DNA from: Octopus vulgaris
Lineage: Eukaryota
Length of the DNA: 64,000 nucleotides
Reading direction: 5' to 3'
Assembly: GCA_951406725.2 (NCBI GenBank)
Contig: OX597821.1
Coordinates: forward strand, 49,166,001 to 49,230,000
This document shows positions 1 through 13,364 of the stretch, piece by piece. The first letter of the stretch is position 1; every line of letters begins with the position of its first letter. The notes beneath the pieces were generated by a model. That model worked only from the letters and a program-made list of their open reading frames with translations, ran no database searches and was not told the origin of the DNA. The position numbers and the translations under genes were made by a program.

Positions 1-594
1 AGGGCCCTGCCTCTGTGATGGTATTTGGAGCCATGGCAAGTGATGAAAGTTTCATGGATCCACACATCATTGAGTTTGGCTTGACGATCGGTACAAAGGA
101 GTATCTAGACATCCTGCAGAACTCTCTGTTACTTTGGATGGGGCAGAAGTTTGGGCTTGACAATGTGGTGCTTATCCAGGATTCTACATCATGCCATGGG
201 TCAAAAGCAACACAGGCCTTCCTTGGTGAGAAGGTGCCACTTTTTGTGAGGGCCATCATCTGGTACAGTAATAGCCCAGATCTCAACCGTCTCGATGGCA
301 TTTTATGGGGTATACGTCAAGCAAGGACCATTGCTTCACCACACTCGAGTGTCAACAATTTGAAGATCTGCATCATGCATGCAAAATTAAAAAGGTGGAG
401 GTTGTGGCAGCTGTAAAAAAATTTCGTTCTTGTGTGAAGGCTGTAATTGCCCAAGAGGGCAGCCATATTGAGTGATAAATGTTTTTGTTGTAATAAATGT
501 TACATTAAAATTATATTTGTCTACTGCCATTATTTTAGTATTTCTAAAGTTTTTTGCATCATAAAAATTGTCTCAATTTATCTGCAAGACCCTT
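1..594 (+). mobile_element. Tc1/mariner DD37D (maT-type) transposon remnant, 3' part with right TIR
   Basis: ORF 15..416 has VMVFGAM, LIQDSTSCH and WYSNSPDLNRLD, with 37 residues between the last two Asp. A frameshifted C-terminus (..VIAQEGSHIE*) follows. TIR-like end ...ctgcaagaccctt|TA at ~565-596. Confidence 0.85.
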
Positions 595-603
595 TATATA
601 TGT

Positions 604-1048
604 TATCATTATCATCATCATTTAGCATCCGTTTTCCATGCTGGCATGTGTTTGACGGTTTGACTGGAACTAGTAAGCCAGAGAGTTGCACCAGGCTCCA
701 GTCTGTTTTGGCTTGGTTTCTACAGTGGGATGCCCTTCCTAATGCCAACCACTCCCCAGAGTTTACTGGGTGCCTTTAACATGTCACTACTGACACTAGT
801 GCCTCTAACATATCACCAGCACAGGCCTTTAATGTGTCACTGGCACAGATGCCTTTAGCATGTCACCAGCATGGGTGCCTTTAATATGTTACCAGCACAG
901 GTACCTTTTATGTATCACTGGCATGAATGCCTTTTACCACTGGTATTGGCCATGATTATGATTTCACAAAACTTGACATGTCCTCTCAAGCACAGCAAAT
1001 GGCCAACAGTCTCAGTCACTTGTCATCGCCTCGATGAGGCTCAACATG
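604..1048 (-). mobile_element. 5'-truncated RTE-type LINE 3' end (3'UTR with (GAT)n tail)
   Basis: (TCA)n tail, then ...ggatgcccttcctaatgccaaccact..., the same 3'UTR that follows RTE RT coding sequence at 50470-51362. Contains ~21-bp tandem units (atgtcaccagcacaggtgccttt-like) at 770-935. Confidence 0.75.
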
Positions 1049-1898
1049 TATGTACGTGTATGTGTGTGGGGGGTATTATACAATATAACAATTGTATGTA
1101 TTTTATACACCAAATGGAAGTAAATATATTTTCTTCTTCATGTACATAATGCACAGTACAATCTGTTTTCAGCATCATAAGATGTGTTGGAGTAAACGAC
1201 AAGGTACCTTGTTAGATATTTATAGATTTACTTAAACCCCATCTAAATTTGAATAATAAACTTGATGTTAAATTGTATTTAGAGTCGACTCCTTTTTCTG
1301 CACACTAAAACCTGTGAGATGAATTTAGGAGCTTTCCACATCATATGATATGATTGTAACAGGAAACATTGGCAGTTTTCCCACATCAGATAATTTTGGC
1401 AATTTCCTACATTATATGACCTGAAGGTAGCAAAGAACATTTTCATAAACTAAGAGCTTTCTTCTGTAAATATTTTCTAATCACCATGTGGCATTTTTTG
1501 AATGAAAAGCTATGTATTTATAAGCTAAATTCAACCTCATCTTCATGAGGCGGTGATGTTTGTCAAAACTTGATCTTGTTTCAGATTAGTCTAATCTATG
1601 ACTCACTTGTTGATCTGTGATTATATCAATTTTATGTCATGAAAATTATACACTGCCTTTGTACCCAATCTGTTCTTGTTATGCCTTCCTTACAGCACAT
1701 CTTCCTAACACTCAACCCTCCATTACACTTCTAGCTAAGGCACTATTTAACAGCTAGAGTTAAATGAAACAGAATTCCATATATTTCATCCTTTTTTGTG
1801 CCACCTGCTTCTTGGGAGCTCTTTCTGTCAACGTTCCTTATTCTAAATATCATTCCTTCCCACTTTCCATCAAACAATCCTTTCTGTACTTCCAGTTA

Positions 1899-1969
<71 letters not shown>

Positions 1970-1979
1970 TCTCTTTCTC

Positions 1980-2600
1980 TATCATCATCATCATCAACAT
2001 TTAACGTCTGTTTTTCAGTTTGACATGAGTTGGACAGTTTGACATGGAGTTGGCCAGCAGAGAAACTGTCCTGACTCCAATTGTCTGTTGTGGCATGGTT
2101 GGATGCCCTTCCCAATGCCAGCCACTTTACAGAGTGTGCTGAGTGCTTTTTACGTGTTGCTGGCATGGGTGCATTTATGCAGCACCAGTACAAATGCATT
2201 TTAAATGCCACCTGCACCTGTAAAGGACAAGTGTGTATGTATGGAAGACAGAAATTTTACTAAGCTTGGCACCTCTGCTCAAGTTACAACAAATCACCAT
2301 AACTGCTGGTCACTAATCATTTCCTCAGTGAGGCCCAGCATCCAAAGATACTTTATCAGCACTTCATCCCATGTCTTCCTGGGTCTACCCCTTCCGTGGG
2401 CTCCCTCCATAATCAGAGCTCAGCATTTCTTTATGTAGCTGTCCTCATCCATATGAATCACATTACCAAACCAGCACAGTCTTCTCTCTTGCACACAACA
2501 TTTTGATGGCTCTTGCACCCAATTTCCCTCTTAAATCATTTACACTCTGTAGTGTGGGCACACTGACATTACGCATGCAGCACAGAGCATGCTAGCTTCA
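1980..2600 (-). mobile_element. RTE LINE 3' end including RT C-terminus
   Basis: (TCA)n tail at 1980. The segment cacttcatcccatgtcttcctgggtctacccct encodes GRPRKTWDEV on the minus strand, as in ORF 55000..55311. Confidence 0.8.
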
Positions 2601-2614
2601 TATATATGTATATA

Positions 2615-2835
2615 TATTTAGTAAATCCCCAAAAAGTAAAGAACAAACACAACAAGAAAAAACAACAATGCGAGGACGTGGTACATGCAAAGTATTAGCA
2701 AATGCTCAGGGAAGGAAAGAAAGGTACTTTTTACGTTTTTAGCAAAGCTCTTCATCGGAAACAGGAGACAGAGAAAAGTCCAGGAGAAAAGGAAGATGGA
2801 GGAAAAAATTGCCAACAATCCACATAAGGTTACAT
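2615..2835 (-). mobile_element. Penelope-like terminal repeat with degenerate hammerhead motif
   Basis: Minus strand reads ttcCGATGAagagctttgctaAAAACgtaaaa (2728-2760). Similar to the PLE end at 15885-15990. Flanked by TA-rich tracts. Confidence 0.5.
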
Positions 2836-2936
2836 TTTATATATATATTGTTAATGAACGAACACTGTGAAGGTGACCATGCTTTACCAGTAAGCTACCA
2901 GGTATAACTCATTCATTTTATTCTCTAATAATAATA

Positions 2937-2991
<55 letters not shown>

Positions 2992-3128
2992 GGCGCAGGA
3001 GTGGCTGTGTGGTAAGTAGCTTGCTTACTAACCACATGGTTCCCGGTTCATTCCCACTGCATGGCACCTTGGGCAAGTGTCTTCTACTATAGCCTTGGGC
3101 TGACCAAAGCCTTGTGACTGGATTTGGC
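2992..3128 (+). mobile_element. tRNA-derived SINE type A, 5' half
   Basis: ggcgcaggagtggctgtgtggtaag (A box), ggttcattcc (B box), ggcaccttgggcaagtgtctt. Same as the full copy at 8841. Confidence 0.85.
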
Positions 3129-3134
3129 TAATGA

Positions 3135-3745
3135 TGGGACAATCACTTCTCCCATCCTGAAGGAGGATCTATGGTTGGAGAGGTGTTGTTTGAATGAGTT
3201 CCCGGAACTACTGATGTATCTCCATGGCTGGGTGTTGGTAGTGGTGTGTCTGTTGGTGTTGCCACTGCTGTTGCTGGAACTGGCGCTGTTAGTGCTGGTG
3301 CTGCTGATGTTGGCATCATTGGAAGTGGTGATGATATAGGTGCTGCCACTGCAAGTTATTATGGCCATCACCATTGATGGAAGCGCTAGCCAAGAGGAGA
3401 CTATCCCCTTTGTTCACTTTGAGTGACAGGGTGTTGTCCTCCTCCATACTCTAGAGAGGCCTGTAACAGAACGGATTGACAAAATAAGAGAAAGCAAATT
3501 ATTCTCTCTTCCTTTGATTTATAGTTGTTGTTTGGACGTTGCAGAGAACACTTAGTTATGAAGACCAGGTTGTAGCCATTGCTCTGATAGGTTAATTTTT
3601 AGGCGCAAATTGTCCCCTAAACAATTGCACCTATTTACACAGTCAACTAATCAGATGCACTAAAATGGATCACATGTTCTCTAGGCGGAAAAATTTTCAC
3701 CAGCTCTGGGAGCCTTCTATTCCCTATAAGAAGGACAGTTTTTGA
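3135..3745 (-). mobile_element. Penelope-like element fragment (GIY-YIG endonuclease region), decayed
   Basis: Minus-strand motifs in PLE order: IGNRRLPELVKIFPP, then RCNCL, then WRYISSSGNSFKQHLSNHRSSFR (cf. YIGxTxxxFKxRxxNHxxSF). Confidence 0.65.
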
Positions 3746-4029
3746 CTGTCCTAGGTCTTTGGCACGTGCCACTGACCACACATATGTCACATCTCCAACA
3801 ACGATGTCCTGACACCAGCCAGTCTCCGCTCTCATCATCACCACCAGATGCCTGTCTACATCCATGCTCTATGAAAACCACAGACCAAATGCCTGCCTCT
3901 ACACCACCAATAGTACATCAATTATATCTACACACCGTCAACAGTCCAGCCTAACCACAAAGTTCTCACACATCCTTGTTGTAACATATTGCGTTATGTT
4001 AATTCATATATGACAATCATTGTGTTTTA

Positions 4030-4850
4030 TAACGGAGAATAAATTGTCGTTTACCAGTTCATTTCCATCTCACATTGTATTTATTTAGACATTTTTGTTG
4101 TAATTGGTGATATCTGAGTAAAAAGATGTACAGCACAATACCATGGATGTCAGAAAAAGCAATGAGCAAGCTCTTGATTGAGCTGTGGCTTAGTCAAACA
4201 GATGAAGGGCTGTTTCATTGTGACAACTATTGATTCATCTCAATGTCACGCCCGTAGGCCCAAGTTTCATCACCAGTGATAATCCTTGACATGAAGGACA
4301 TCAGCAGCACATTGATGGGGGTTCTTATTCGACGCGATGTTCTTTTTGCTCAGCGGTCAGCAGGCGGGGACAAACTTGTCAGAGAAACGCCACATGTTCA
4401 AGTCAGACATTATGATTGCCTGCAAGGATCCATACAACAGACCAACATCAGCAATGTCATTGATTGTCCTCAAACGATTCTCATACAGAAGCTGATGGAT
4501 TTTCTTTACAGAGACGTTCATTTGCTTTTGAAGCACCCGTGCCACTCAAAACATTGCGTACGATCCATTGTCTCATTGCTGTAAGCTTGCTGAAGCATGC
4601 TCAATGTCTCTGTAGCAGACTTCCCAAGTTCAACACAAAATTTTACATTAGCTCTTTGTTCCAACTTCCTGTCCATGATAAAATCGCAGTCTACAGCATA
4701 CACGTGATCACAGAAACACAAATTTCCAGCTTGCAAAGTAAACACAGCGATGTGACTCAGCACACTGCTCCTGAAGGTCACTGCACATGCAATCATGGGC
4801 TGCAATCTGTTGGCAATCTACAGAACTAGTCTGGGAACTTTTTGATATTT
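4030..4850 (-). mobile_element. mariner transposon remnant (HTH and start of catalytic domain)
   Basis: ORF 4518..4805 has LEQRANVKFCVELGKSATETL..CFEWH. ORF 4357..4545 ends in KFVP. TGDETW is encoded near 4260-4277. Frameshifted. Confidence 0.85.
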
Positions 4851-5224
4851 CAACATAATTTCTATGTCGTTACTAAAGCTACAAAATTTATATCTTTGTC
4901 TAAATAGCACATCCTCTGAATTCAATGCAGGAAAACTGCTGAGCTAACGACAACTATTTAGACACAGACATATGTCCATTATCCACTGCTGTACTCTTGT
5001 TTCCAGCTGCCTTTTACTTAATGGCATGTCAGTTTTGGAGAAATTTTTGATATTTGAAATTATCTAATCATCTAATTTGGAGTTGATTGCAATTTCCACA
5101 AAGCATTTGTTTACTCTTCTCTCTAAAGGGAGACAATTTCAGAAAATCAAGAATTTAGCTTACATGGTAGTTGACATACCTTTATTCTACTCTTGTAAGT
5201 GTCAGATAAAATTTGTTAAACTAG

Positions 5225-5400
5225 ATGCTTTTCCTGTCACAAACACTGACTGACTTCCAAATAAGGTAACACTCCTCTCAGTTCTTTGATTATATGGACT
5301 ATGATGACCACATGTTTTCAGGGAAGATTGCAAATGAACATCACCAACTGTATGATGGTGATGTTTGTTTACACTCCTATATCCATCATGTGTTTCTCCT
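5225..5400. repeat. Interspersed repeat shared with 10680-10920
   Basis: catgttttcagggaagattgcaaatgaa...tgatggtg matches 10829-10880. Confidence 0.55.
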
Positions 5401-5849
5401 GTTTTCTATATGTTCCTTTATTGTCCTCTTGTGTCACATTTTAGAGTGTGTATGTACACACACAATGGATTTCTTTCAGTTTCTGTCTACCAAGTCCACT
5501 CACAAGACTTCAGTCAGCCCAGAGCAATGATGATGATGATAATGATGACGATGGTAATAATGATGATGATGATGTGATGAAAAAGATGGTTATGAGTATA
5601 TATATCAGAATAATGAGTTATTTATAAAGGATTATCAGTCCTGACAAAATACTTCTCAAATTCTCTGTTAATACAAATACACCAGGCTAACAAAAGGTTT
5701 TCAGATTAGTAACAAACACCAAGTTATCCCAAAGCAAGATCTGTAGTTAAATTTCATCACTTATTGCCTTTGTAAATCCATCATTGCATTCCCCAGTTAA
5801 TACGGTATTTTTCACAGAGTAATATACAAGAAAAGACATAACTGATAGG

Positions 5850-6112
5850 TTTTACGTATTTAGAGTTACAGCTGTTTCTGATATGCATTATAGATGCATT
5901 CATAGTTCCATTTTCTCAGTCGGTAGATAGAGTGACTGAAAAAAATGAATGACCTTAACAAATATTATCATTTTCAGAGTCCACACATTCTGATGATAAG
6001 AGTATTTGATTGGGTCTTTCAATTTTTTCGATCAAGCAATTGCGTAAACAGAATTATGAATGCATCTATAATGCATATCAGAAACAGCTGTGAGTCTAAG
6101 ATGTACGAATAA
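5850..6112. repeat. Inverted repeat, ~55-bp arms, PLE terminus-like
   Basis: acagctgtttctgatatgcattatagatgcattcata (5868-5904) is the reverse complement of tatgaatgcatctataatgcatatcagaaacagctgt (6055-6091). Confidence 0.8.
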
Positions 6113-6289
6113 AGAAATATGTATAGAGTGGGCTAAAAGTCATGCACAAATAAGTTCAAAACACTCCATAATTGACAGACATGCTTTGATTTTCCTAAAA
6201 TTGAATAAAATACATAAAAATAATGATAAATACACACGTACGTGTACATGAAAAAAATGAATAATAATGATAATAATGATTTTTCTACA

Positions 6290-6495
6290 AATTGTGGCAC
6301 ACAGCCAGCAATTTCTGGGAGGGAATAAGTCGATTATATTGACTCCAGTACTCAACTGTTACTTCTTTTGTCAACCCCGAAAGGATGAAAATCAAAGTCG
6401 ACCTAAGCGGAATTTGAACTCAGAACTTAAAGAGGGACAAAATGCCATTAAGTATTTTGCCCAGCATGCTAACGATTCTACTAGCTTGCCACTTT
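6290..6495 (-). mobile_element. tRNA-derived SINE type B
   Basis: ccccgaaaggatgaaa...gaatttgaactcagaac...gctaacgattct is the reverse of the plus copy at 23403. Confidence 0.8.
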
Positions 6496-6869
6496 AATAA
6501 TAATAATAATAATGAGGATGATGAGGATGCAACAAAACAATGATGCAATACTTGCAATGTAATGATTTCAAACAGGTTGGAAGAAGAAAACAAGAAATTA
6601 GAAATTACTCATTTTGCCTTGGTCACTAATTTTGCCCACCATCCATAAATAATAATAATAATAATAATAATTCAAGTATGGAATTTATAAATATTTTAAT
6701 GCATCACTACATGCATTTCCACAAATCACATGTTTTTATGACCATAATCTGTATTAATGAGATGATTACAATATAATTTGTAATATCCCATATTAATACA
6801 TTCACCAAACTAATAACAAAGCAATTACATAGCAAATACAATCACACATCATATAATAAATTAAATAGT

Positions 6870-7165
6870 ATAAAAAAGACGGGACTTGAAATAGTTAAGA
6901 AATTGAGTATACAAGATAGGACTAGACCATATACACATAGGACACTCAATAAACCTAAAGGACCATAAGGAAAACTTCCCGGATAACCCATTGGTAAGAC
7001 TAATATGCCCATCTAAATCCGATATAGAGGGAATTAGCAAAGCAAGAATAACAAAACTGAAATGTGTAACCAAACTCAAATTGTGGTCTAACATAACTGA
7101 AGTTATCACATGGTTTAATAGCCTAGATAACAAAAAGGGACAACAAAACATCCAGATATACGATA
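6870..7165 (+). mobile_element. Penelope-like RT N-terminal fragment
   Basis: LKDHKENFPDNPLVRLICPSKSDIEGISK...WSNITEVITWFNSL matches the PLE RT motif TLKDHKxNF..RLINPxKSExGxISK..WxNTxxVIxWF. Confidence 0.8.
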
Positions 7166-7825
7166 CAAAGAAAACAAGGACAGGTAACTGTAACATGTAG
7201 GACGAGCTGAGGGCCAAGATTACCAGGACCTTCCATTGGAGATAGTGACAAAGGCCTGCTGATAGTACTGAGGTCATCTGGAGGCCGTCATCAACGTCAA
7301 ATTTGACAAATATATCTAAAAAAAAGTGCTGTTTTATTATTTTCTGAGACATTCATCATGCAAATGACTACTATCGGCACCATGTAATTGTCAATTTTGC
7401 TGAAATTACCGTTATGTGATGTTTTAGATATATAAATTTGTAATATCAAATTTTTAATGTATTAAGTGTGCAGGCAATTAGCTTTTCCACTAAAATTAAG
7501 TATTTTATTTTTAAGTTTTAAGCAAAAATAAAAAAATATAAAAGGGCATTTATTTTTAGTTTAGTTTTTAAATTTTAACTTCGACTACAATATTTTAAGC
7601 TTATTTTTCTTCTTGTCTTGTACTTTCCCAGGCTTAACTACTGTACTTTTCCAGGTTTGATACCTAAGAATATTCTTGGATTCCAAGCCAACGTTTTTCA
7701 TTTTAGTATATATATGACACAGCATGGCCACAACCTCTGGCTGAAACTGGCTGAAATAGAATAACATATATGTGTGTGTGTGTGTGTGTGTGCGCATTTA
7801 TGTATATCTATCTATCTATCTATCT

Positions 7826-7902
<77 letters not shown>

Positions 7903-8081
7903 TCAAAAAAGGGGGTCGAATTAATTAATTGTTAATAAATTCGACCAAGCAGTATTCGGTATGTAAAGACCATTTACGGTATATTTGAAGTATTAATTTA
8001 TAAAAATATGGTAAAGTAAAAGAATTCACTTTACCACACACCGAACTTTTCAGAAATAGCAGCCAAAAATTTGGCTATTTC

Positions 8082-8830
<749 letters not shown>

Positions 8831-8840
8831 TACATACATA

Positions 8841-9240
8841 GGTGCAGGAGTGGCTGTGTGGTAAGTAGCTTGATTACCAACCACATGGTTCCGGGTTCAG
8901 CCCCACTGCATGGCACCTTGGCCAAGTGTCTTCTACTATAGCCTTGGGCTGACCAAAGCCTTGTGAGTGGATTTGGTAGATGGAAACTGAAAGAAGCCTG
9001 TCTTATACATGTATATATATACGTATGTGTGTGTGTATGTTTGTGTGTCTGTGTTTGTCCCCCCAACATCGCTTGACAACCGATTCTGGTGTATTTACAC
9101 CCCGTAACTTAGCAGCTCAGCAAAAGACTGATAGAATAAGTACTAAGCTTCCAAAGAATAAGCCCTGGGGTCGACTTTCTTGACTAAAGACGGTGCTCCA
9201 GCATGGCTGCAGTCAAATGACTGAAACAAGTTAAAGAGTA
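8841..9240 (+). mobile_element. tRNA-derived SINE type A, full length
   Basis: A/B boxes, ggcaccttggccaagtgtctt core, internal TA/TG microsatellite, 3' end gctccagcatggctgcagtcaaatgactgaaacaag. Confidence 0.9.
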
Positions 9241-9259
9241 TAGATACATAAATACAAGC

Positions 9260-9482
9260 ACACATACATACATACATACATACATACATGCATACATACA
9301 TACATACGTACATACATACATGCATACATGCATACATACATACATACATACATGCATACATGCATACATACATACATGCATACATACATACATACGTACG
9401 TACATACATACGTACGTACATACATACACACATAAGTATATACATATATATATACATACATACATACATACATACATACACA
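9260..9482. repeat. (CATA)n microsatellite
   Basis: Seen directly. Confidence 0.95.
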
Positions 9483-9664
9483 CAGAAAAAGAGAGACAGA
9501 GACAGGCGGACAGACAGGTGCTGTATAGTGTGTTCAGTTTAACAAATAGATGTGTACTATGCATGAATAATTGTTCCCAAAAAAGGAAGATCTATATATT
9601 ATATGTGTATGTATTATGAATGTGCATATGTGTGTGCGTGTATGTGTGCATGAAAAAAAAAAAT

Positions 9665-9733
<69 letters not shown>

Positions 9734-10339
9734 ATATGCACACACACGCGCATACAGTGTAATCTATTTTAGTAACCAAGGTATACAGTTCACTGATAGG
9801 TTATTTGTCAAAGCCAAACAAACAAACAAACAAACAACAAGCATAAACGTTTTGCAAATACATCAAAATATTTGAGAATCCTAAATCTACCCCAAGTCGA
9901 TTGGTAACCAGAAATACCTTCTGACAATATCAACATACGTTAATGAGATAGGTATAGCATGGTAGCAGTACATGCTCAACTTCTCTTCCAGCAACATGAT
10001 ATACACTTCTTTTGCGTGTTTGTGTGTGTGTGTGTTGTATTGTTTTGTTTATATTTGGTTCATTGCCCTCCACACACACGCATGCATGCATACACACACT
10101 TGTAGACAAATACACACATATGCATGTATGAATATATGTATACACGCAACAGCCTTGCTATCATGCTCTCAATTCATTGCTGTTTATTTTCAGTAGTTAA
10201 CTGAGGTAATAGTGTCTTTTTAGAAATGAGACAATATACAAGAAAAATAACAAAAATACAGCTGCAAGGTTTATAAATATATACACCACACGTCTGTACA
10301 AAACAGGAGACAGCAGTCACATGCATGTGTATGTGTGTG

Positions 10340-10452
<113 letters not shown>

Positions 10453-10467
10453 GTATGTATGTATATG

Positions 10468-10500
<33 letters not shown>

Positions 10501-10576
10501 ATACATACATACAAATAACATCATCATCAGTTCACATCCACTTTGTATGCTTGCATGGATTAGTTGGTTTGACAAA

Positions 10577-10670
<94 letters not shown>

Positions 10671-10679
10671 TCATCATAA

Positions 10680-10920
10680 TCATCATCACCATTATTTAAA
10701 TATTCACTTTCCCATACTTGCATAGGCTGGAAGGAATTTATTGAGACAGATTTTCTGCAGCCAGATGCTCTTCCCCATACCAATCTTCACCTCTTTTGAA
10801 GCAAAGTGATACGCCCGTTGATGATCAGACATGTTTTCACGGAAGATTGCAAATGAAGGACACCACTTGCATGACGGTGGCATTCATTTACAACTATCAC
10901 ATCAGGTCAAGACAAAAGTA
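10680..10920 (-). repeat. Retroposon-like repeat with (TCA)n tail
   Basis: The tail and ttttctgcagccagatgctcttcc resemble the RTE 3' end. Body shared with 5225-5400. Confidence 0.5.
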
Positions 10921-11044
10921 ACACACACACGCACACACATCCATACACACACACATATATGTATAAAGTGATGTTTGAAAGATGTACAGGCAGATCCAAT
11001 ATATTTACAAACTTGGGATGTGGCCTTATTTTTATTTTTTTTTT

Positions 11045-11255
11045 ACTACCCACAAGGGGCTAAACATAGAGGGGACAAACAAATGGATTAAGTCGATTAC
11101 ATCAACCCCAGTGCGTAACTGGTACTTAATTTATCGACCCCAAAAGGATGAAAGGTAAAGTCGACCTCGGCGGAATTTGAACTCAGAACGTAACGGCAGA
11201 CGAAATACGGCTATGCATTTCGCCCAGAGGGCTAACGTTTCTGCCATCTGGCCTT
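11045..11255 (-). mobile_element. tRNA-derived SINE type B
   Basis: Near-complete reverse copy of 23403-23635 (actggtacttaatttatcgacccc..aaggatgaaagg), with an A-rich tail. Confidence 0.9.
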
Positions 11256-11765
11256 ATTTGTACTCCTGGTATATCTCTGATAGGCTCCAGGCCTGGAGAT
11301 GCTGTTGGTAACACTGCTGCTGACACAGTTGATATGGCACATGGATCTGGCAGTCTTATTGCCGTGGTTATCACCACTGGTCATATGACTAGCAATGTAG
11401 TTGCTGGCATTATTGCGGGTGTTGCCAGTGGCAACATATGGTGCAGAGCCAGTCATCCCATCGGTGTTGAAGATAATAGTTTGGTCATCTTCTGTGGTGG
11501 TGATACTGGGAATGCCAGATACCTTCTCTGTGTCACTGGTCCTGGATTGGTCATCATCTCTAGGTGTGGCGATTGTACTGGTGGTAACATATGGTGCAGG
11601 ACAGGTCACTCTGTCTGTGTCTATGACAATGGTTTGTTCATCATCTGCAGCAGTGGTACTGGAGTCATTGGCTACATACTCTGTGATACTGGTTATCATC
11701 TCAGGGTGTGGTTGATTGTATTGGCGTGTGATCTGGTTAATCTGTTATTTCTGTTGGATGGGATA
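11255..11765 (-). pseudogene. Decayed Thr/Asp-rich coding-like sequence with a 153-bp internal duplication
   Basis: ORF 11232..11699 has TTAADDEQTIVIDTDRVTCPAPYVTT and TTTEDDQTIIFNTDGMTGSAPYVAT. aacatatggtgcag recurs at 11433 and 11586, 51 codons apart. Confidence 0.4.
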
Positions 11766-11767
11766 TA

Positions 11768-12655
11768 CAGGGTGTTCCAGAAGTCTTGGGCACATTTTGA
11801 CATTGAATATCTTGAAAACTATTAAGGACATAAAAACGCATCTGATATATTCTGAAAGCCTGCAATTTCAAGTTTTTTTATGGAATGTTCAAAGATGTTC
11901 AATGTAGGTACCATTGGTCACATGGCACACATCATGCCGATAGTCCAATTCTTGCCAAACACATTCCAGCATTGCGTTGTTGATGGTTGCAAGAGCTTTC
12001 GTTATTCGGGCCTTCAGTTCATCCACGACTTTTGGAAGGGGAGGCACATAGACCAGTCCTTTCACAAATGCCCACAAAAAGAAATCGCAGGGTGTGAGAT
12101 CTGGAGACCTGGGAGGCCAGGGCATGAGAACGCAATCATCTCACCTAGACCATACAATCCATCTGTCTGGCAGTGTTGTGTTCAGATACTATCTAACCCT
12201 GAGTCTCCAGTGCGGTGACACCCCATCCCGTTGGAAAATGGAGTCCCTACTGGCTCTTCTGATCAATTTACAGGGACTCCGCTCGAAGGCAGTCCGAACT
12301 CGCTCAGCCGTATCATCTGAAGTTGAGGGGCGTCACATTCTCTTACCTGGGAAAAAACACCCATCCTTCATGAAATTATAATGCCATCTCAATATGAACT
12401 TCCTCTTTGGTGCCTCTTTTCGGAATTTTGTGTGAAATGCACTTTGAACAAGTGTCCATGATTCAGCTTTTGTAGAACACCTTTTCTGGTTGAGTGAACG
12501 CCATTACTGGATCTGAAAAAATATGAAAAAATCATTAGCATTACAAAAAACTTAATGAATTTAGCTTTAAAATGGTACCAGTTTCATCTTACTACCAATC
12601 ATAGTCCAGCAGATACGAAGACTTGAAATGTGCCCAAAACTTCTGGAACACCCTG
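11768..12655 (-). mobile_element. Internally deleted Tc1/mariner element with both TIRs and TA target duplication
   Basis: TA|cagggtgttccagaagtcttgggcacattt ... aaatgtgcccaaaacttctggaacaccctg|TA. Transposase C-terminus WPPRSPDLTPCDFFLWAFVK in ORF 11889..12125. N-terminus near 12505. Confidence 0.93.
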
Positions 12656-12701
12656 TATATATATATATATATATAGATATGTGTGTGTGTGTGTGTGTGT
12701 G

Positions 12702-12884
12702 TTCTTTTATTTGTTTCAGTCATTTGACTGTAGCTGTGCTGGAGCACCACCTTTAGTTGAACAAATTGACCCAAAGACTTATTTTTTATAAGCCTTGTAC
12801 TTATTCTATTAGTCTCTTATGCCAAACTGCTAAGTTATGGGGACTTAAACACACCAACATCAGTTGTCAAATGATGGTCGGGGA

Positions 12885-12931
<47 letters not shown>

Positions 12932-13092
12932 GACAGGCTTCTTTCAGTTTCTGTCAACCAATCCTCTAACAAGGCTTTGGTTGGCCCAAGGCTTTAGTAG
13001 AAGACACTTGCCCAAGGTGCCACACAGTGAGACTGAACCTGAATCCATGTGGCTGGTAAGCAAGCTACTTACCACACAACCATTCTTGTGCA
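12702..13092 (-). mobile_element. SINE type A, full length
   Basis: Reverse complement of 8841-9240. Confidence 0.9.
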
Positions 13093-13163
13093 TATATGTA
13101 TGTATGTATGTATATGCTTACATATGCATGTGTGTATACATGGATATATATATATATTTATAT

Positions 13164-13199
<36 letters not shown>

Positions 13200-13220
13200 T
13201 CTCTCTCTCTCTCTCTCTCT

Positions 13221-13275
<55 letters not shown>

Positions 13276-13364
13276 TACACACAAGTGAGTGAACAAACAA
13301 AAGAAAGGCACTCAACACATTTATTCGGAGTTATGTGTATGGATCAAAACATCAGCAGCAGCAG

